Assembly: GCA_021731245.1 (NCBI GenBank)
Contig: JAKFXT010000008.1
Span: 1,045 to 65,044, forward strand
Source of the DNA: Patescibacteria group bacterium
GTDB taxonomy: Bacteria; Patescibacteriota; Minisyncoccia; Phycocordibacterales; JAKFXT01
DNA: 64,000 bases
Reading direction: 5' to 3'
The translations under genes and the position numbers were made by a program. A model generated the notes under the pieces. It was not told the origin of the DNA, ran no database searches, and saw only the letters and a program-made list of their open reading frames with translations. Positions 1-9,673 of this stretch are shown piece by piece (position 1 is the first letter of the stretch; each line of letters starts with the position of its first letter).

Positions 1-94
1 CCATGGAGTAAAGCCTATCATCAGGAATAGCATAAACATCCCCTATGAATTTCTGGAATTCTTGCAAGGATTGATTTTTGCGAAAGCTCGCCAT
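1..94 (-). CDS. N-terminal fragment of a CDS running off the window edge (MASFRKNQSLQEFQKFIGDVYAIPDDRLYSM...), possibly MazG-like
   Basis: ATG at 94, just downstream of the trxB stop; frame is open to the window edge; family is a weak guess. Confidence 0.45.
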   Translation of the reverse strand, partial: MASFRKNQSLQEFQKFIGDVYAIPDDRLYSM

Positions 95-101
95 GGGATA
101 T

Positions 102-1034
102 CTATTTAGTATGAATATTTACGTAAATATCTTCTAGAGCGCGTACGGCGTCCCCTGATGCAATATTATTTTGATGATAGAGGGAATCAGTACAATCGCC
201 GGATGCCCATATTCCTTTTGTTTTTGTTTGCTGAGTTCTTGGGTCAATAAGAATTTGTCCTTGCTTATTTAGTTCAACAATATCTTTTACAAAATCAGTA
301 GAAGGAATGAGACCAATTTCTACGAACACTCCTTGAACAGGTAACGTTATTTCTTCGCCAGTTATCTTATCTTTATATTTAATACCTGAAACAGATTTAT
401 CTCCTTCAACAGAAAGAAGTTCTGCGTTCAATATTCCTTTTACATTTGGTTTAGATAAAACTTTTTGTACAGTAACCCCATCTCCTTTGAAAGATTCATT
501 TTTGTGAAGTATGTAAACATTTTTACAATATGCGCTAAGTTGAGCGGCTGTTTCAAAGCCAGCATTTCCTCCACCAATGACCACTACATCTTGGCCTGAA
601 AATAGGGGACCATCACAAGAAGCGCAATAAGTAATTCCTCGGTTTTCAAACTTATCGGAATTTGGGACTGTGATTTTTCTCCTAGTAGAACCAACTGTAA
701 TCAAAACAGTCTTAGCTTCAAAGGATTCTCCACTTTCTGTTGTTATAGTAAAAGTCTCTTCATTTTTTGGATTTTTTGAAATAGATTTAGCACGAGTGCC
801 AGTTTTTATATTTACAATGTCACCAGCATAAGTACGAAGGTGCTCCTCAAGTGATTTTGCTAAGTCGGCACCGGAAATATGGGGGAATCCAATCCAGTTT
901 TGAATGTCTTCGGACACTGTTGATTGTCCGCCGAAAGTGTCACTAATAAAAATAGTTTTTAGTTGTTTACGCGATGCGTAGACTCCGCCGGACACTCCCG
1001 CTGGACCTCCTCCAATTATTGCTAAGTCGTACAT
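102..1034 (-). CDS. trxB: thioredoxin reductase
   Basis: GGGPAG FAD motif, YCASCDG redox CxxC, VIGGGN NADPH motif. Confidence 0.92.
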   Translation of the reverse strand: MYDLAIIGGGPAGVSGGVYASRKQLKTIFISDTFGGQSTVSEDIQNWIGFPHISGADLAKSLEEHLRTYAGDIVNIKTGTRAKSISKNPKNEETFTITTESGESFEAKTVLITVGSTRRKITVPNSDKFENRGITYCASCDGPLFSGQDVVVIGGGNAGFETAAQLSAYCKNVYILHKNESFKGDGVTVQKVLSKPNVKGILNAELLSVEGDKSVSGIKYKDKITGEEITLPVQGVFVEIGLIPSTDFVKDIVELNKQGQILIDPRTQQTKTKGIWASGDCTDSLYHQNNIASGDAVRALEDIYVNIHTK

Positions 1035-1126
1035 AAAATAAGTTCAATTAGATTAATAGATAAAAAGACATGAGAAAACAGGATGAATTATAGCAGGGGA
1101 GAAGAATTAGAAGAATTTCACTACCA

Positions 1127-1155
1127 TTGACTTTATACCCTATTTATGCTATACT
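1127..1155 (+). promoter_or_regulatory. sigma70-type promoter of the GC-rich orphan gene
   Basis: TTGACT-17 nt-TATACT with extended TG. Confidence 0.7.
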
Positions 1156-1207
1156 TGCGGTTAGAAGGCGGATTTTCCGCCCGCACCTTCACACAAGGGA
1201 GATTGCT

Positions 1208-1741
1208 ATGAAAAAAAGGAATTATGCTGTTCTCTCGGCGGCTTTGGTTTTCAACGCCGTACGTATTGGCTTCCCCGGTATTTCCGAAAAAAGGGGAAGT
1301 CCGGTAAGGAACGCTCATTTCCATGGTGCGTCCGCCAATGAGGGGCCTCTGGTCCGTTACAACGGCGAAGTGCTGGAGAATATCCTGGACCAAATCCAGG
1401 CGGTGGCAAAAAGCGATTTTTCCACCGAGGAAGACATCAAGGTCTTGGTTTCGGCTGGTTTGAGCGGAGTCTCCGTTCAGGTCGCGTTGTACCCGTTTTT
1501 GAGTGACGAGCTCGCGAACGACATCATCGTCAGGTACGCCAGCCTTCTCGAGAAGAAGGCGCTGTTCGAAGGCAAAAATCACGGCGACGTGTTTCTGGAG
1601 GCGAACAACTTCCTGGTGGAATCCCTCGGGATTAGCCGGGAGCAAGCATCCGAGTACTTCGGCTTCATCATCGAGCAGATGCTTCCGTATGTGCAAAGGT
1701 TGCAGGGTGGAGTCATCGAGCCGAGGGTTGCTGTCAGCTGA
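1208..1741 (+). CDS. hypothetical protein (GC-rich orphan)
   Basis: ATG at 1208 preceded by AAGGGAG; own promoter and terminator; no recognisable motif. Confidence 0.7.
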   Translation: MKKRNYAVLSAALVFNAVRIGFPGISEKRGSPVRNAHFHGASANEGPLVRYNGEVLENILDQIQAVAKSDFSTEEDIKVLVSAGLSGVSVQVALYPFLSDELANDIIVRYASLLEKKALFEGKNHGDVFLEANNFLVESLGISREQASEYFGFIIEQMLPYVQRLQGGVIEPRVAVS

Positions 1742-1757
1742 CGGTGACCCGCAAGAC

Positions 1758-1789
1758 AAAACGCCGACCTTCGGGTCGGCGTTTTTTTT
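1758..1789. terminator. intrinsic terminator, probably bidirectional
   Basis: AAAACGCCGACC-TTCG-GGTCGGCGTTTTTTTT between convergent genes. Confidence 0.85.
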
Positions 1790-1791
1790 AT

Positions 1792-2988
1792 TTACTTTTT
1801 ATTCCTTCGGAGGAATGCAGGCACTGCACCCCAATCATCATTGTCTTCGTCCGGTAGTGGCTTTGTATTTTTTTGTTCAACCGGAATTGATTTTACTTCC
1901 ACTTTGACTTCTTCTTTTGGAGAATCTTTTTCTTTTGATGTAAAAATACTACTCATTATTTTTTTCTCTTCCTCAATTGCTTTTTCACGATTACGAATTG
2001 GAAATAGTGATTCGCGAGTATTGTGGGCTGATGGATCAGGAAAACCTGTAGCAATCACCGTTACTTTGACTTCATTTTTCTTTAGTTTCTCATCGTAAAT
2101 TGTTCCGAAAATAACACGAGCATTTGGATCAATTGATTCGGTTATAACTTTTGCCGCATCTTGTATTTCTAGCATTCCCAAATCATCGCCACCGGAAACT
2201 GCAAAGAGCACCCCTTTTGCATTATGTATTGAAATATCGAGAAGTGGAGAATTCACGGCGGCCTTTGCTGCCTCAACTGCTCTGTTTTCGCCTGATGCCA
2301 TACCTATACCCATAAGAGCAGAGCCTGCATTTTCCATAACAGAACGAATATCAGCAAAGTCCACATTGATGATTCCAGGTGTAGTAATCAAATCGGAGAT
2401 TCCTTCCACTGCTTGGCGCAAGACATCATCGCACATTGCGAAGGCTGTCTTTACAGAAGTGTCTTTGGAGACTGTAGCTAGGATTCTGTCATTAGGAATA
2501 ACAATTAATGCGTCCACTTGTTTACGTAATTCATCGAGCCCTTGTTCAGCCAAACGTGAGCGTTGTGAACCTTCAAAAGAAAATGGTCTTGTAACAACAC
2601 CGACAGTTAGAGCCCCAAGTTCTTTGGCAGCTTGCGCAACAATTGGAGCCGCCCCTGTTCCAGTTCCGCCTCCCATTCCACCTGCTATGAAAACCATATC
2701 AGCTCCTTTTATTGCTTCTTGAATTTCTTCTTTAGTTTCTTCCGCAGCCCTACGTCCAATATCTGGATTCATTCCAGCACCAAGTCCGTGAGTTAAATTT
2801 TTTCCAATATGAATTTTCTTTTTTGCATCAGAATGTTGCAAATCTTGTGCGTCAGTATTAACAGCAATAAAGTCTACTCCTTTAACTCCAGTCTTTATCA
2901 TGTGATTGGTAGCATTTTTTCCTGAGCCACCAACACCAATAACCCTTATACGTGCAAATGTTTCGATTTCTGGAGAAATTTTAGGCAT
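1792..2988 (-). CDS. ftsZ: cell division GTPase FtsZ
   Basis: GGGTGTG tubulin signature, INVDFAD T7 loop, C-terminal VPAFLR. Confidence 0.98.
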   Translation of the reverse strand: MPKISPEIETFARIRVIGVGGSGKNATNHMIKTGVKGVDFIAVNTDAQDLQHSDAKKKIHIGKNLTHGLGAGMNPDIGRRAAEETKEEIQEAIKGADMVFIAGGMGGGTGTGAAPIVAQAAKELGALTVGVVTRPFSFEGSQRSRLAEQGLDELRKQVDALIVIPNDRILATVSKDTSVKTAFAMCDDVLRQAVEGISDLITTPGIINVDFADIRSVMENAGSALMGIGMASGENRAVEAAKAAVNSPLLDISIHNAKGVLFAVSGGDDLGMLEIQDAAKVITESIDPNARVIFGTIYDEKLKKNEVKVTVIATGFPDPSAHNTRESLFPIRNREKAIEEEKKIMSSIFTSKEKDSPKEEVKVEVKSIPVEQKNTKPLPDEDNDDWGAVPAFLRRNKK

Positions 2989-3138
2989 ATTTTCCTTCCG
3001 TGATTAAATCTCATAATAGCAGACGGTTTTACAATTGGGACCTCGACACTATAGGGGATTTTGTGTTGGAATTACATAAAAAACAAGCAAAAAACGACTC
3101 TGTTGAGCCGTTTTTTCTTAAATTCAGATTTCTTATTT

Positions 3139-4326
3139 TTACGGAAGTAGTGGCCGAACCATATTATGTAGCCCACGCCAGATTTTTTTACCTATGGCAG
3201 ATATATCTCCAGAAGATTTTATTCTAGAGTCTCCAGTAAAGCCCCAAATAGTTAATCCATAAGCTGGAGACCACGATGCGTCTTTCACTGGTTTGCCATC
3301 TTGTGAGAGGGGAAAGGTTCCGATTTTTGATGGAAGTTTTAAAGCAGCTTTAGCCAGCTCTTCAATCGTATGAATACTGGAACCTCCTCCGGTCAAAATA
3401 ATTCCTGCAGGTAATAATCCATTTTTATTAACTTTTTTTAAATGAGCTTCAATTAAATCAAATATATCTGAGAGACGCGCTACTACTATTTTATCCAATT
3501 CTTTTTTAGGAAATTGAGTTCCAGTAATTGCACCGAGCTTTATGCTCTCGGCTTCTTCAAGTGAGACGCGAAGGCCAAGCGCTATGTCATTGGTTATGTC
3601 AGTTGAGCCTATTGGAAAGACTTCAAGCGAATAGGGAATTCCATTTTCAAAGATTACAACGGAAACAGTCTCGGCCCCAATATTTGCTAAGACACAGCCA
3701 GCCATTTTTTGCGCTTTAGTTAAAGACACAAGACTTCCTGCAAGTGGTGTTGCCATTGCATCAATCACATCTATATCTGCCTCTTCTACTGCTGCAATCA
3801 AATCATTTAAATGTTGCTCAAGGCAGGTAATGAAAAGCATTTTGCAATCAAGTTTGAGTCCCTTCATTCCAATTGGGGAATTGCTCATAATATCTTTCCC
3901 ATCCACTTTATAACTTAGAGGAATAGAGTGCAGGATTTTTCTATTTATTATTGCCGCTTGCGACAATTGTAATCTGGCAGCTTCTTGCACTTTTTCTATA
4001 TCAAGTTCTGTTATCTCACCATCTCCACGAGAGACTATGGCGCTACCCGTATCCGTCACTGATTCAAGCCCAACGCCCCCGATTGAGATGAAAGCATTTT
4101 TTATTTTTATTTTGGCGATTTTCTCTGTTTGAGCGATGGCTTCCTTTACGCTTTCTGTTACGTCCGCTGAATTAATTATGTAGCCATGACGAAGTCCTTT
4201 TGACTCACTGTATCCGGTTGCAATTATTTTAGGGAAGTCTTTATCTTTTTCATTTATGCGCTCCGAAACCACCACTTTGACTTGGTGAGAACCTATATCT
4301 ATTCCAACAGAAATATTTCGTGCCAT
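3139..4326 (-). CDS. ftsA: cell division protein FtsA
   Basis: GIDIGS, NIGAET and ILTGGGS actin-fold motifs; directly upstream of ftsZ. Confidence 0.95.
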   Translation of the reverse strand: MARNISVGIDIGSHQVKVVVSERINEKDKDFPKIIATGYSESKGLRHGYIINSADVTESVKEAIAQTEKIAKIKIKNAFISIGGVGLESVTDTGSAIVSRGDGEITELDIEKVQEAARLQLSQAAIINRKILHSIPLSYKVDGKDIMSNSPIGMKGLKLDCKMLFITCLEQHLNDLIAAVEEADIDVIDAMATPLAGSLVSLTKAQKMAGCVLANIGAETVSVVIFENGIPYSLEVFPIGSTDITNDIALGLRVSLEEAESIKLGAITGTQFPKKELDKIVVARLSDIFDLIEAHLKKVNKNGLLPAGIILTGGGSSIHTIEELAKAALKLPSKIGTFPLSQDGKPVKDASWSPAYGLTIWGFTGDSRIKSSGDISAIGKKIWRGLHNMVRPLLP

Positions 4327-4362
4327 TTTTATTTAAAAGGCACACACTTCAAGATAAAAAAA

Positions 4363-4749
4363 TTAAACTCCCATTTTTCTCCGAACTGCTGCCTCCTTTA
4401 TGTCCATTGTAACGCTATGAGAGTAACCTTTCAAATGAAACAAACCGTGGATAAATAGAAATGCCACCAGATTTGAAAATTTACGCCCAAATTTCTTCTC
4501 TTCCGCTTTTATTGTTTTAAGGTCAAGGAAAATTTCCCCACTCGTTTTTGATAATGAAAAGCTCAAAACGTTCGTAGAATAATTTTTATTTCTGTAATCT
4601 TTATTTAATTTTTTAGATAGATTCGATGTAGCAAAAACTAATGAAAGTTTGTATTTTTTACCCAAAACCTCGTTCTTTATTAAAAGGAAATTAATCTTCG
4701 GTTTTTTGTACCGAGTAGTATTTGTTATAGAGAATAGACTCTCTCTCAT
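4363..4749 (-). CDS. ybeY: rRNA maturation endoribonuclease YbeY
   Basis: LNKDYR..TNVLSF, GEIFL and HGLFHLKGYSH metal motif. Confidence 0.9.
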   Translation of the reverse strand: MRESLFSITNTTRYKKPKINFLLIKNEVLGKKYKLSLVFATSNLSKKLNKDYRNKNYSTNVLSFSLSKTSGEIFLDLKTIKAEEKKFGRKFSNLVAFLFIHGLFHLKGYSHSVTMDIKEAAVRRKMGV

Positions 4750-4761
4750 ATGGCAGTCTCT

Positions 4762-5013
4762 TTAGCGGCGACCGCGTCTCTTAACTTCTATTACCTTGCC
4801 CATTTTTATAGCTTCTTCATAGACAGCTTTTTTAGATAATCGAGTTAGAGCCTTCTTCTTTCTAACGTAGTGGCTCTTAGTGCGTTCATTGTAGCGAATA
4901 CTGCGGACACGATTTAAAACACCTGATCCTTGCACTCTTTTGGTGAAGCGGCGAATAAGGTTCGTTGCGTTTTCGTTGGCGTTTTTTACTACCTCTACAT
5001 TTACTGAAGTCAT
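4762..5013 (-). CDS. rpsU: 30S ribosomal protein bS21-like
   Basis: Basic 83 aa, VEVVKNANEN..NLIRRFTKRVQGSGVL..VR..RY.E pattern; ATG at 5013. Confidence 0.7.
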   Translation of the reverse strand: MTSVNVEVVKNANENATNLIRRFTKRVQGSGVLNRVRSIRYNERTKSHYVRKKKALTRLSKKAVYEEAIKMGKVIEVKRRGRR

Positions 5014-5066
5014 GGGGAAAAAGATTAACACATTTTATTTACCTCTGCAACGAATGCTAATAGGGG

Positions 5067-6290
5067 CTAATCTTTTGAGAAGTGTTTTATATAGTGTGGG
5101 AGTTCTAATACGGGCACTGTTTCTTGAGAGCGGTTTTTCATATTGCGTATTATGGCACTGCCTTCAAGGGCCTCCTTTTGACCTATTATTATCATGAAAG
5201 GAATTTTCAGACTTTCTGCTGTTGCAATTTGAGCTGAAATTCTATCTTTAGAAAGAGATTGGTGAATTGGGATTTTTCCTTTACGTAATATTTCAAGTGC
5301 GGCCAAGCTTTTTATTTTTGCTTCAAACCCCAAGTGTATTAAATAAACTTTTGGTTTTTTTGTTTTTAGTTCTTGCTTTGTCTTTTTGGGAACCAATCCT
5401 AGTCCACCAAGGGAAATAGTGATACCAACAGCGGGCACTTCTTTTTTAGCACCGAAACGCTTTACCAAATCATCAAACCTACCTCCACGAGCAAGGACTG
5501 GGTCAAATTTATTTTTGGGATACATTTTATTTTGTTCGTTTTTGGTTTTTATTTCAAAAATAGTACGGGTGTAATATTCCTTTCCTCCCACAAGACAATT
5601 ATTTATTGTGTAAGGGACATTCATGCTTTCCAAAAATTCAAGAACTTCTGCAAAGTGAATACGACTTGTTTCTGTGAGGGCACTTATTGGTTTCGGCGCC
5701 TGATCCTTAAAGAGCATGCACTTATCTTGGGCACATTCTAGAACTTTGAATATATCTTTTTTCAAATTAGGGCGACAATGTGAAGGAACTTCTTCTTCGT
5801 GCTTTTTATAGTAATTATTGAACTCTCTACTGAAGCGAGCGATTGATTCACGGTCTCCCAAACTATTTATTTGAATAAAAGGGTCAGCAAATCCAGACTC
5901 TTCTATTATGGTAAGAGCTGTTTTGAATAGTAGGGCTTCAGCAATTGAACGTGACACCCCGATAATCTCCAGAGAAAACAAAACTGCATCTTTCCCGCCA
6001 TAATCTTCGCGCTTCATGTATTTACGAAGCGGCTCTGTGTGATAAAGCATTAATGGTTGTGGAAGCTCTCCAAAATTGTAATCAAGATAAGCTTTCATTA
6101 AGTCTGGTCTATTTATTTCTCCAGGGAGACCCTCTTTTGCTTCGGCTGGCGCAAAAGCTTTCTTTCTACCAGTCCTAGGTAGAATCTTTAGAGTTTCTTG
6201 TAATGAAGAAAATCCATAATAATTAGCAATTGATATTGCGTTTTCGAAAAGTTCATTTTTTGATCCTTTATCCATAATCAAATTATTCAA
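5067..6290 (-). CDS. histidyl-tRNA synthetase-like protein (divergent)
   Basis: LVGGKEYYTRTIFE, GGRFDDL, PAVG and a C-terminal anticodon-binding domain; motifs 1 and 2 degenerate. Confidence 0.75.
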   Translation of the reverse strand: MNNLIMDKGSKNELFENAISIANYYGFSSLQETLKILPRTGRKKAFAPAEAKEGLPGEINRPDLMKAYLDYNFGELPQPLMLYHTEPLRKYMKREDYGGKDAVLFSLEIIGVSRSIAEALLFKTALTIIEESGFADPFIQINSLGDRESIARFSREFNNYYKKHEEEVPSHCRPNLKKDIFKVLECAQDKCMLFKDQAPKPISALTETSRIHFAEVLEFLESMNVPYTINNCLVGGKEYYTRTIFEIKTKNEQNKMYPKNKFDPVLARGGRFDDLVKRFGAKKEVPAVGITISLGGLGLVPKKTKQELKTKKPKVYLIHLGFEAKIKSLAALEILRKGKIPIHQSLSKDRISAQIATAESLKIPFMIIIGQKEALEGSAIIRNMKNRSQETVPVLELPHYIKHFSKD

Positions 6291-6849
6291 CTTTTTCTTC
6301 CAAATTTATTTTTCCAGGAAACAAACTTATATCTTTTGGTGGATACAATCTTAGAAAAGCTCTGCCGATTATATTTTCTTTCGGTACGGCTCCCCAAATT
6401 CTGGAATCCGAACTGTGAGAACGGTTGTCTCCAAGTACAAAGTACTCATCTTTCTTAAGTGTTGTTTGAAATTGTCCAACAGACTTAAAAGTTATATATG
6501 ATTGGTCAATTTGGAAACCATTTGGGTTCTTATTATTTTTTATAGTTATATTATTGTCAGAAATTAAAACAGTTTCTTCAGGTAGAGCTATTATTCTTTT
6601 AATAAAATATTTTTCAGGATTTTTAGGATAGCGAAAGATGATGACATCATTTCGTTTAGGGTCTTCTAGATTATAAGAGATGCGATCTACTATTAAATAA
6701 TTCAAATCTTCAAAAGTTGGTTCCATTGAGGCACCGGAAACTATGAATGGTTCTGCAATAAAAAAGCGAATAGGAAGTACTATTGCTAAAGTTATAATCA
6801 CGAAGCGAAATGTTTCTTTAAAGAACGATTCTTCTTTTTTTTCTTCCAT
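6283..6849 (-). CDS. lepB: signal peptidase I
   Basis: SGASMEPT catalytic Ser, FIKRII Lys, GDNRSHSSDSR. Confidence 0.95.
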   Translation of the reverse strand: MEEKKEESFFKETFRFVIITLAIVLPIRFFIAEPFIVSGASMEPTFEDLNYLIVDRISYNLEDPKRNDVIIFRYPKNPEKYFIKRIIALPEETVLISDNNITIKNNKNPNGFQIDQSYITFKSVGQFQTTLKKDEYFVLGDNRSHSSDSRIWGAVPKENIIGRAFLRLYPPKDISLFPGKINLEEKVE

Positions 6850-6928
6850 ATTGGTGCCAATTGTAATACCCGCATTCGTTTGACACAAGAGAAAATAAAT
6901 TTTGGATTAAATATTTTAATTATTTTTT

Positions 6929-7016
6929 ATCCGCCCTCAAACTGCACACATAATTTTCTGTTTAAAATTTGCTCCGCTCGGCGCGTCCGCCTTCGCAAGG
7001 CAGTTTGAGGGCGGAT
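6929..7016. repeat. family B structured repeat, copy 1 (17-bp perfect terminal inverted repeat)
   Basis: ATCCGCCCTCAAACTGC...GCAGTTTGAGGGCGGAT; internal motifs shared with 10338-10425 and 37102-37192. Confidence 0.8.
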
Positions 7017-7068
7017 GGGGGTATTAGATGGAAGAAAAAACAGAAAAAATGAGGTAGAATAGCGGATT

Positions 7069-7656
7069 ATGAAGTTTACAGTTATAGGCCTGGGCAATCC
7101 TGGGGGAGAATATAAGGATACTCGGCACAACACGGGAGCTTTAATTGTAGAATATCTGCAATCAGCGTTAGATTCTTCTCCTTGGAAGGAAAATAAAAAG
7201 GCAAAAGCACTAGAGAGTGTTGGAAAAATTGGGAAACACACCGTTACACTCATATTGCCGGAACAATTTATGAATAATAATGGTAAGGTTCTTCCTTCAT
7301 TAATAAAAAGTAAGGCGGATGCAGGGCGACTTCTGGTAATTTATGATGAATTGGATTTACCTATTGGGAAAATGAAAATGTCTTTCGGGCGCTCTTCTGG
7401 TGGACACCGAGGACTCGATTCTGTGATGCGAGCAATAAAGACAAAAGATTTTATGCGTATTCGTGTTGGTGTTTCGCCTGAAAGTAAAGGTGTAGCTAAA
7501 AAACCAAAGGGGGAAGACGCTGTGATTAAATTTATTTTGGGGAAATTTAAACCTGATGAACTAGAAATTCTCAAAAAAGAAAAACTAAAAATCAAAAAGG
7601 CATTAGAAAATATTGTAGAGAACGGATTTGAGAGAGCAATGGGGGAGTTTAATTAA
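7069..7656 (+). CDS. pth: peptidyl-tRNA hydrolase
   Basis: GLGNPG..Y..TRHNTG, YDELDL, GGHRG. Confidence 0.95.
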   Translation: MKFTVIGLGNPGGEYKDTRHNTGALIVEYLQSALDSSPWKENKKAKALESVGKIGKHTVTLILPEQFMNNNGKVLPSLIKSKADAGRLLVIYDELDLPIGKMKMSFGRSSGGHRGLDSVMRAIKTKDFMRIRVGVSPESKGVAKKPKGEDAVIKFILGKFKPDELEILKKEKLKIKKALENIVENGFERAMGEFN

Positions 7657-7683
7657 AAAATCCGGCTTTGAACCGGATTTTTT
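7655..7683. terminator. bidirectional intrinsic terminator
   Basis: AAAAAATCCGG-CTTTGAA-CCGGATTTTTT between convergent pth and rpsA. Confidence 0.8.
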
Positions 7684-7686
7684 AAT

Positions 7687-8832
7687 TTACTTTACGTAAG
7701 TAAGGGCCATCTTTTGATCTTTTGGATCAAATAGATTTATTTTGAATTTGTAGGTTTTACCAAGTTCAAGTGTTGAGCGAAGTTTGGCTTCATTGTTTTC
7801 AAATTCTGAAATATGAACCAATCCTGCAATTCCTTCTTCAATTGAAGCGAGAGCCCCGTGTTTATTGTGTTTGATTATGACACCCTCAACAGTCATATCT
7901 TTTTGATACTTCTTGTCAGCTTCTTTCCAAGGGTTTTCTTTGAGTGCCTTAACAGAAAGAGACACCTTACCATCTTTTATTTCAATAACTTTTACTTTTA
8001 TGTGATCTCCTACCTTGAAGATTGAGCGTGGGTCTTCCACTAAGCCCCAATCAATTTCTGAAATGTGTACCAACCCTTCAAGTCCTTCTTCTATTTTTAC
8101 GAATACTCCGAAGTCCACAATTCCTGTAACAGTTCCTTCCATAAGGTCTCCGACTCCATATTTACTAACAATTTCCTGTTTTTCTTTTTGGTCGTGGCTC
8201 TTTTCAGAGAAAATAAGTTTTCCTTCTTTAGGAGTTGCGCCAATTATAGTAACGGAGAGAACTTGTCCAACAAGTTTTTTAAGTTCCTCATATATTTTAT
8301 CTTTGTCCCCGTCATCTATTCTTGGATAGTGTTCAGCTTTAAGTTGTGAAGCTGGAAGAAATCCTACAATTCCTTGCCACTCCATTATAAGACCACCTTT
8401 ATTTGCATCTTTAACAGGTAAATCCAAAAGCTTCTTCTCTTTAATGGCGCTATCTGCCTCACTCCAAATCAAAGCTTGGCGAGCCTCTTTAAGAGAAAGT
8501 TCTAGATAACCCTCTTTATTATTTGTATCTACTACTTTAGCGGCAACATTGTCGCCAATATTTATGCGACGAATAACATCGCGCGCATTTAGAAATTCTT
8601 TGCCGTAAATTATTCCAGTACCGTATGGGTGCAAGTCAATATAAACAGATGCTTTTTCAACTGCTATGACCGGACCTTCTACAATATCTCCTGCTTGTGG
8701 GGGATTCTTCTCATCTTGGAGAAGTTTCGCCATCAAGCTGTTCTTTTTAGATTTTTTTTCTTCTTCGTGGTTTTCGTTTTCTTCTACTTCTAAATCCTTT
8801 CCTTTTTTTATTAAAGTTTCAGAGTCTGACAT
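7687..8832 (-). CDS. rpsA: 30S ribosomal protein bS1 (short, four S1 domains)
   Basis: Repeated S1 motifs: NKGGL..GFLPASQL, DFGVFV..GLVHISEI, LSLK. Confidence 0.9.
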   Translation of the reverse strand: MSDSETLIKKGKDLEVEENENHEEEKKSKKNSLMAKLLQDEKNPPQAGDIVEGPVIAVEKASVYIDLHPYGTGIIYGKEFLNARDVIRRINIGDNVAAKVVDTNNKEGYLELSLKEARQALIWSEADSAIKEKKLLDLPVKDANKGGLIMEWQGIVGFLPASQLKAEHYPRIDDGDKDKIYEELKKLVGQVLSVTIIGATPKEGKLIFSEKSHDQKEKQEIVSKYGVGDLMEGTVTGIVDFGVFVKIEEGLEGLVHISEIDWGLVEDPRSIFKVGDHIKVKVIEIKDGKVSLSVKALKENPWKEADKKYQKDMTVEGVIIKHNKHGALASIEEGIAGLVHISEFENNEAKLRSTLELGKTYKFKINLFDPKDQKMALTYVK

Positions 8833-9063
8833 ATTCAATTGTATTCGTGGAGGGCCCCTTTAAATTTAAGACACTAATGACTTAAATTTTAGAGAAGTTT
8901 ACTTTCCGCGATTGGCTAATAATCAATTCCTTAAAACAAAAAAGCTCATGGAGCTTTTCATTAAATTAGCACAATATTTGGGAAATGACAAACCCCGCTA
9001 AGAGCGGGGGTCTGGCCGGCACACAGTCGAGCTGTGCGCCGGCCAGATTTTGCCGGGCTTTTA

Positions 9064-9244
9064 TCATTCAGGATTTATTCTTCTTATTACCTGGACGTGG
9101 CGGCTTGGGCCGCTTTGCCCGCTTTTTACTGCTTTCTTCTTGGACGATTTCTTTTTACCTGACGCTTTTCTACTTCTTTTTTTCGCCGCCGCCGGCGCCG
9201 ATGGTGGAACCGCGGAAGCCGGTTTTCGCTTTTTTCTTCGCCAT
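9064..9244 (-). CDS. Lys/Ala-rich small ORF(s): a 24-aa peptide or a frameshifted histone-like protein
   Basis: AAGGAG-7 nt-ATG at 9244 gives MAKKKAKTGFRGSTIGAGGGEKKK*; the +1 frame continues PASAVPPSAPAAAKKRSRKASGKKKSSKKKAVK. Confidence 0.45.
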
Positions 9245-9368
9245 ATCAATCTCCTTAGAGGTGGTTGCGAAATAGCATCAAGACCGAAATGGTCCAAAAG
9301 ATGAACTGATGCCATTTAAAATTCTATACCCGTTTTAATTTTATGTAAATTATTTTCTGTGTTTAAAA

Positions 9369-9605
9369 TAAAAAAACCAACCAATCGCGAAGATTGAAGT
9401 CGGTATGTTTCTGAAAGAACTTTAGAGACTTCGGCCCGCCACTGGACCCTTAGATCCGGACCCTTAGATCCAGTGGCGGGCAGGCCATCATAATTCCGAG
9501 GATTCCGCGGATCCTTACGAAATTTTAAAATAGAACAAAAGACAGCAAAGCGTTCTTATCACCCAAGCCTAGCAACCCACCAGTGCCTGAAGCGGGAGCC
9601 GCTCT
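9369..9605 (-). ncRNA. candidate structured non-coding RNA
   Basis: TTGACT promoter at 9630-9635, GC-rich hairpins, terminal hairpin plus T8 tract, no credible ORF. Confidence 0.45.
9435..9480. repeat. REP-like palindrome with internal 14-bp tandem duplication
   Basis: CCCGCCACTGGA...TCCAGTGGCGGG; GGACCCTTAGATCC occurs at 9444-9457 and 9458-9471. Confidence 0.85.
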
Positions 9606-9673
9606 TAAAGTTATATTACTTAATTTAAAAGTCAATTTTTACAAAAACCTTTCGAAGAGTTAAACTGTGCTTC

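Noticed and set aside
1133-1759. 208-aa antisense ORF and 134-aa alternate-frame ORF over the GC-rich orphan
   Set aside because: Promoter, SD and terminator all support the plus-strand 1208-1741 frame; long shadow ORFs are expected in GC-rich sequence
6929-7016. Family B repeats as integron attC sites
   Set aside because: Ends do not match RYYYAAC/GTTRRRY, copies flank housekeeping genes rather than a cassette array, and no integrase is in the window
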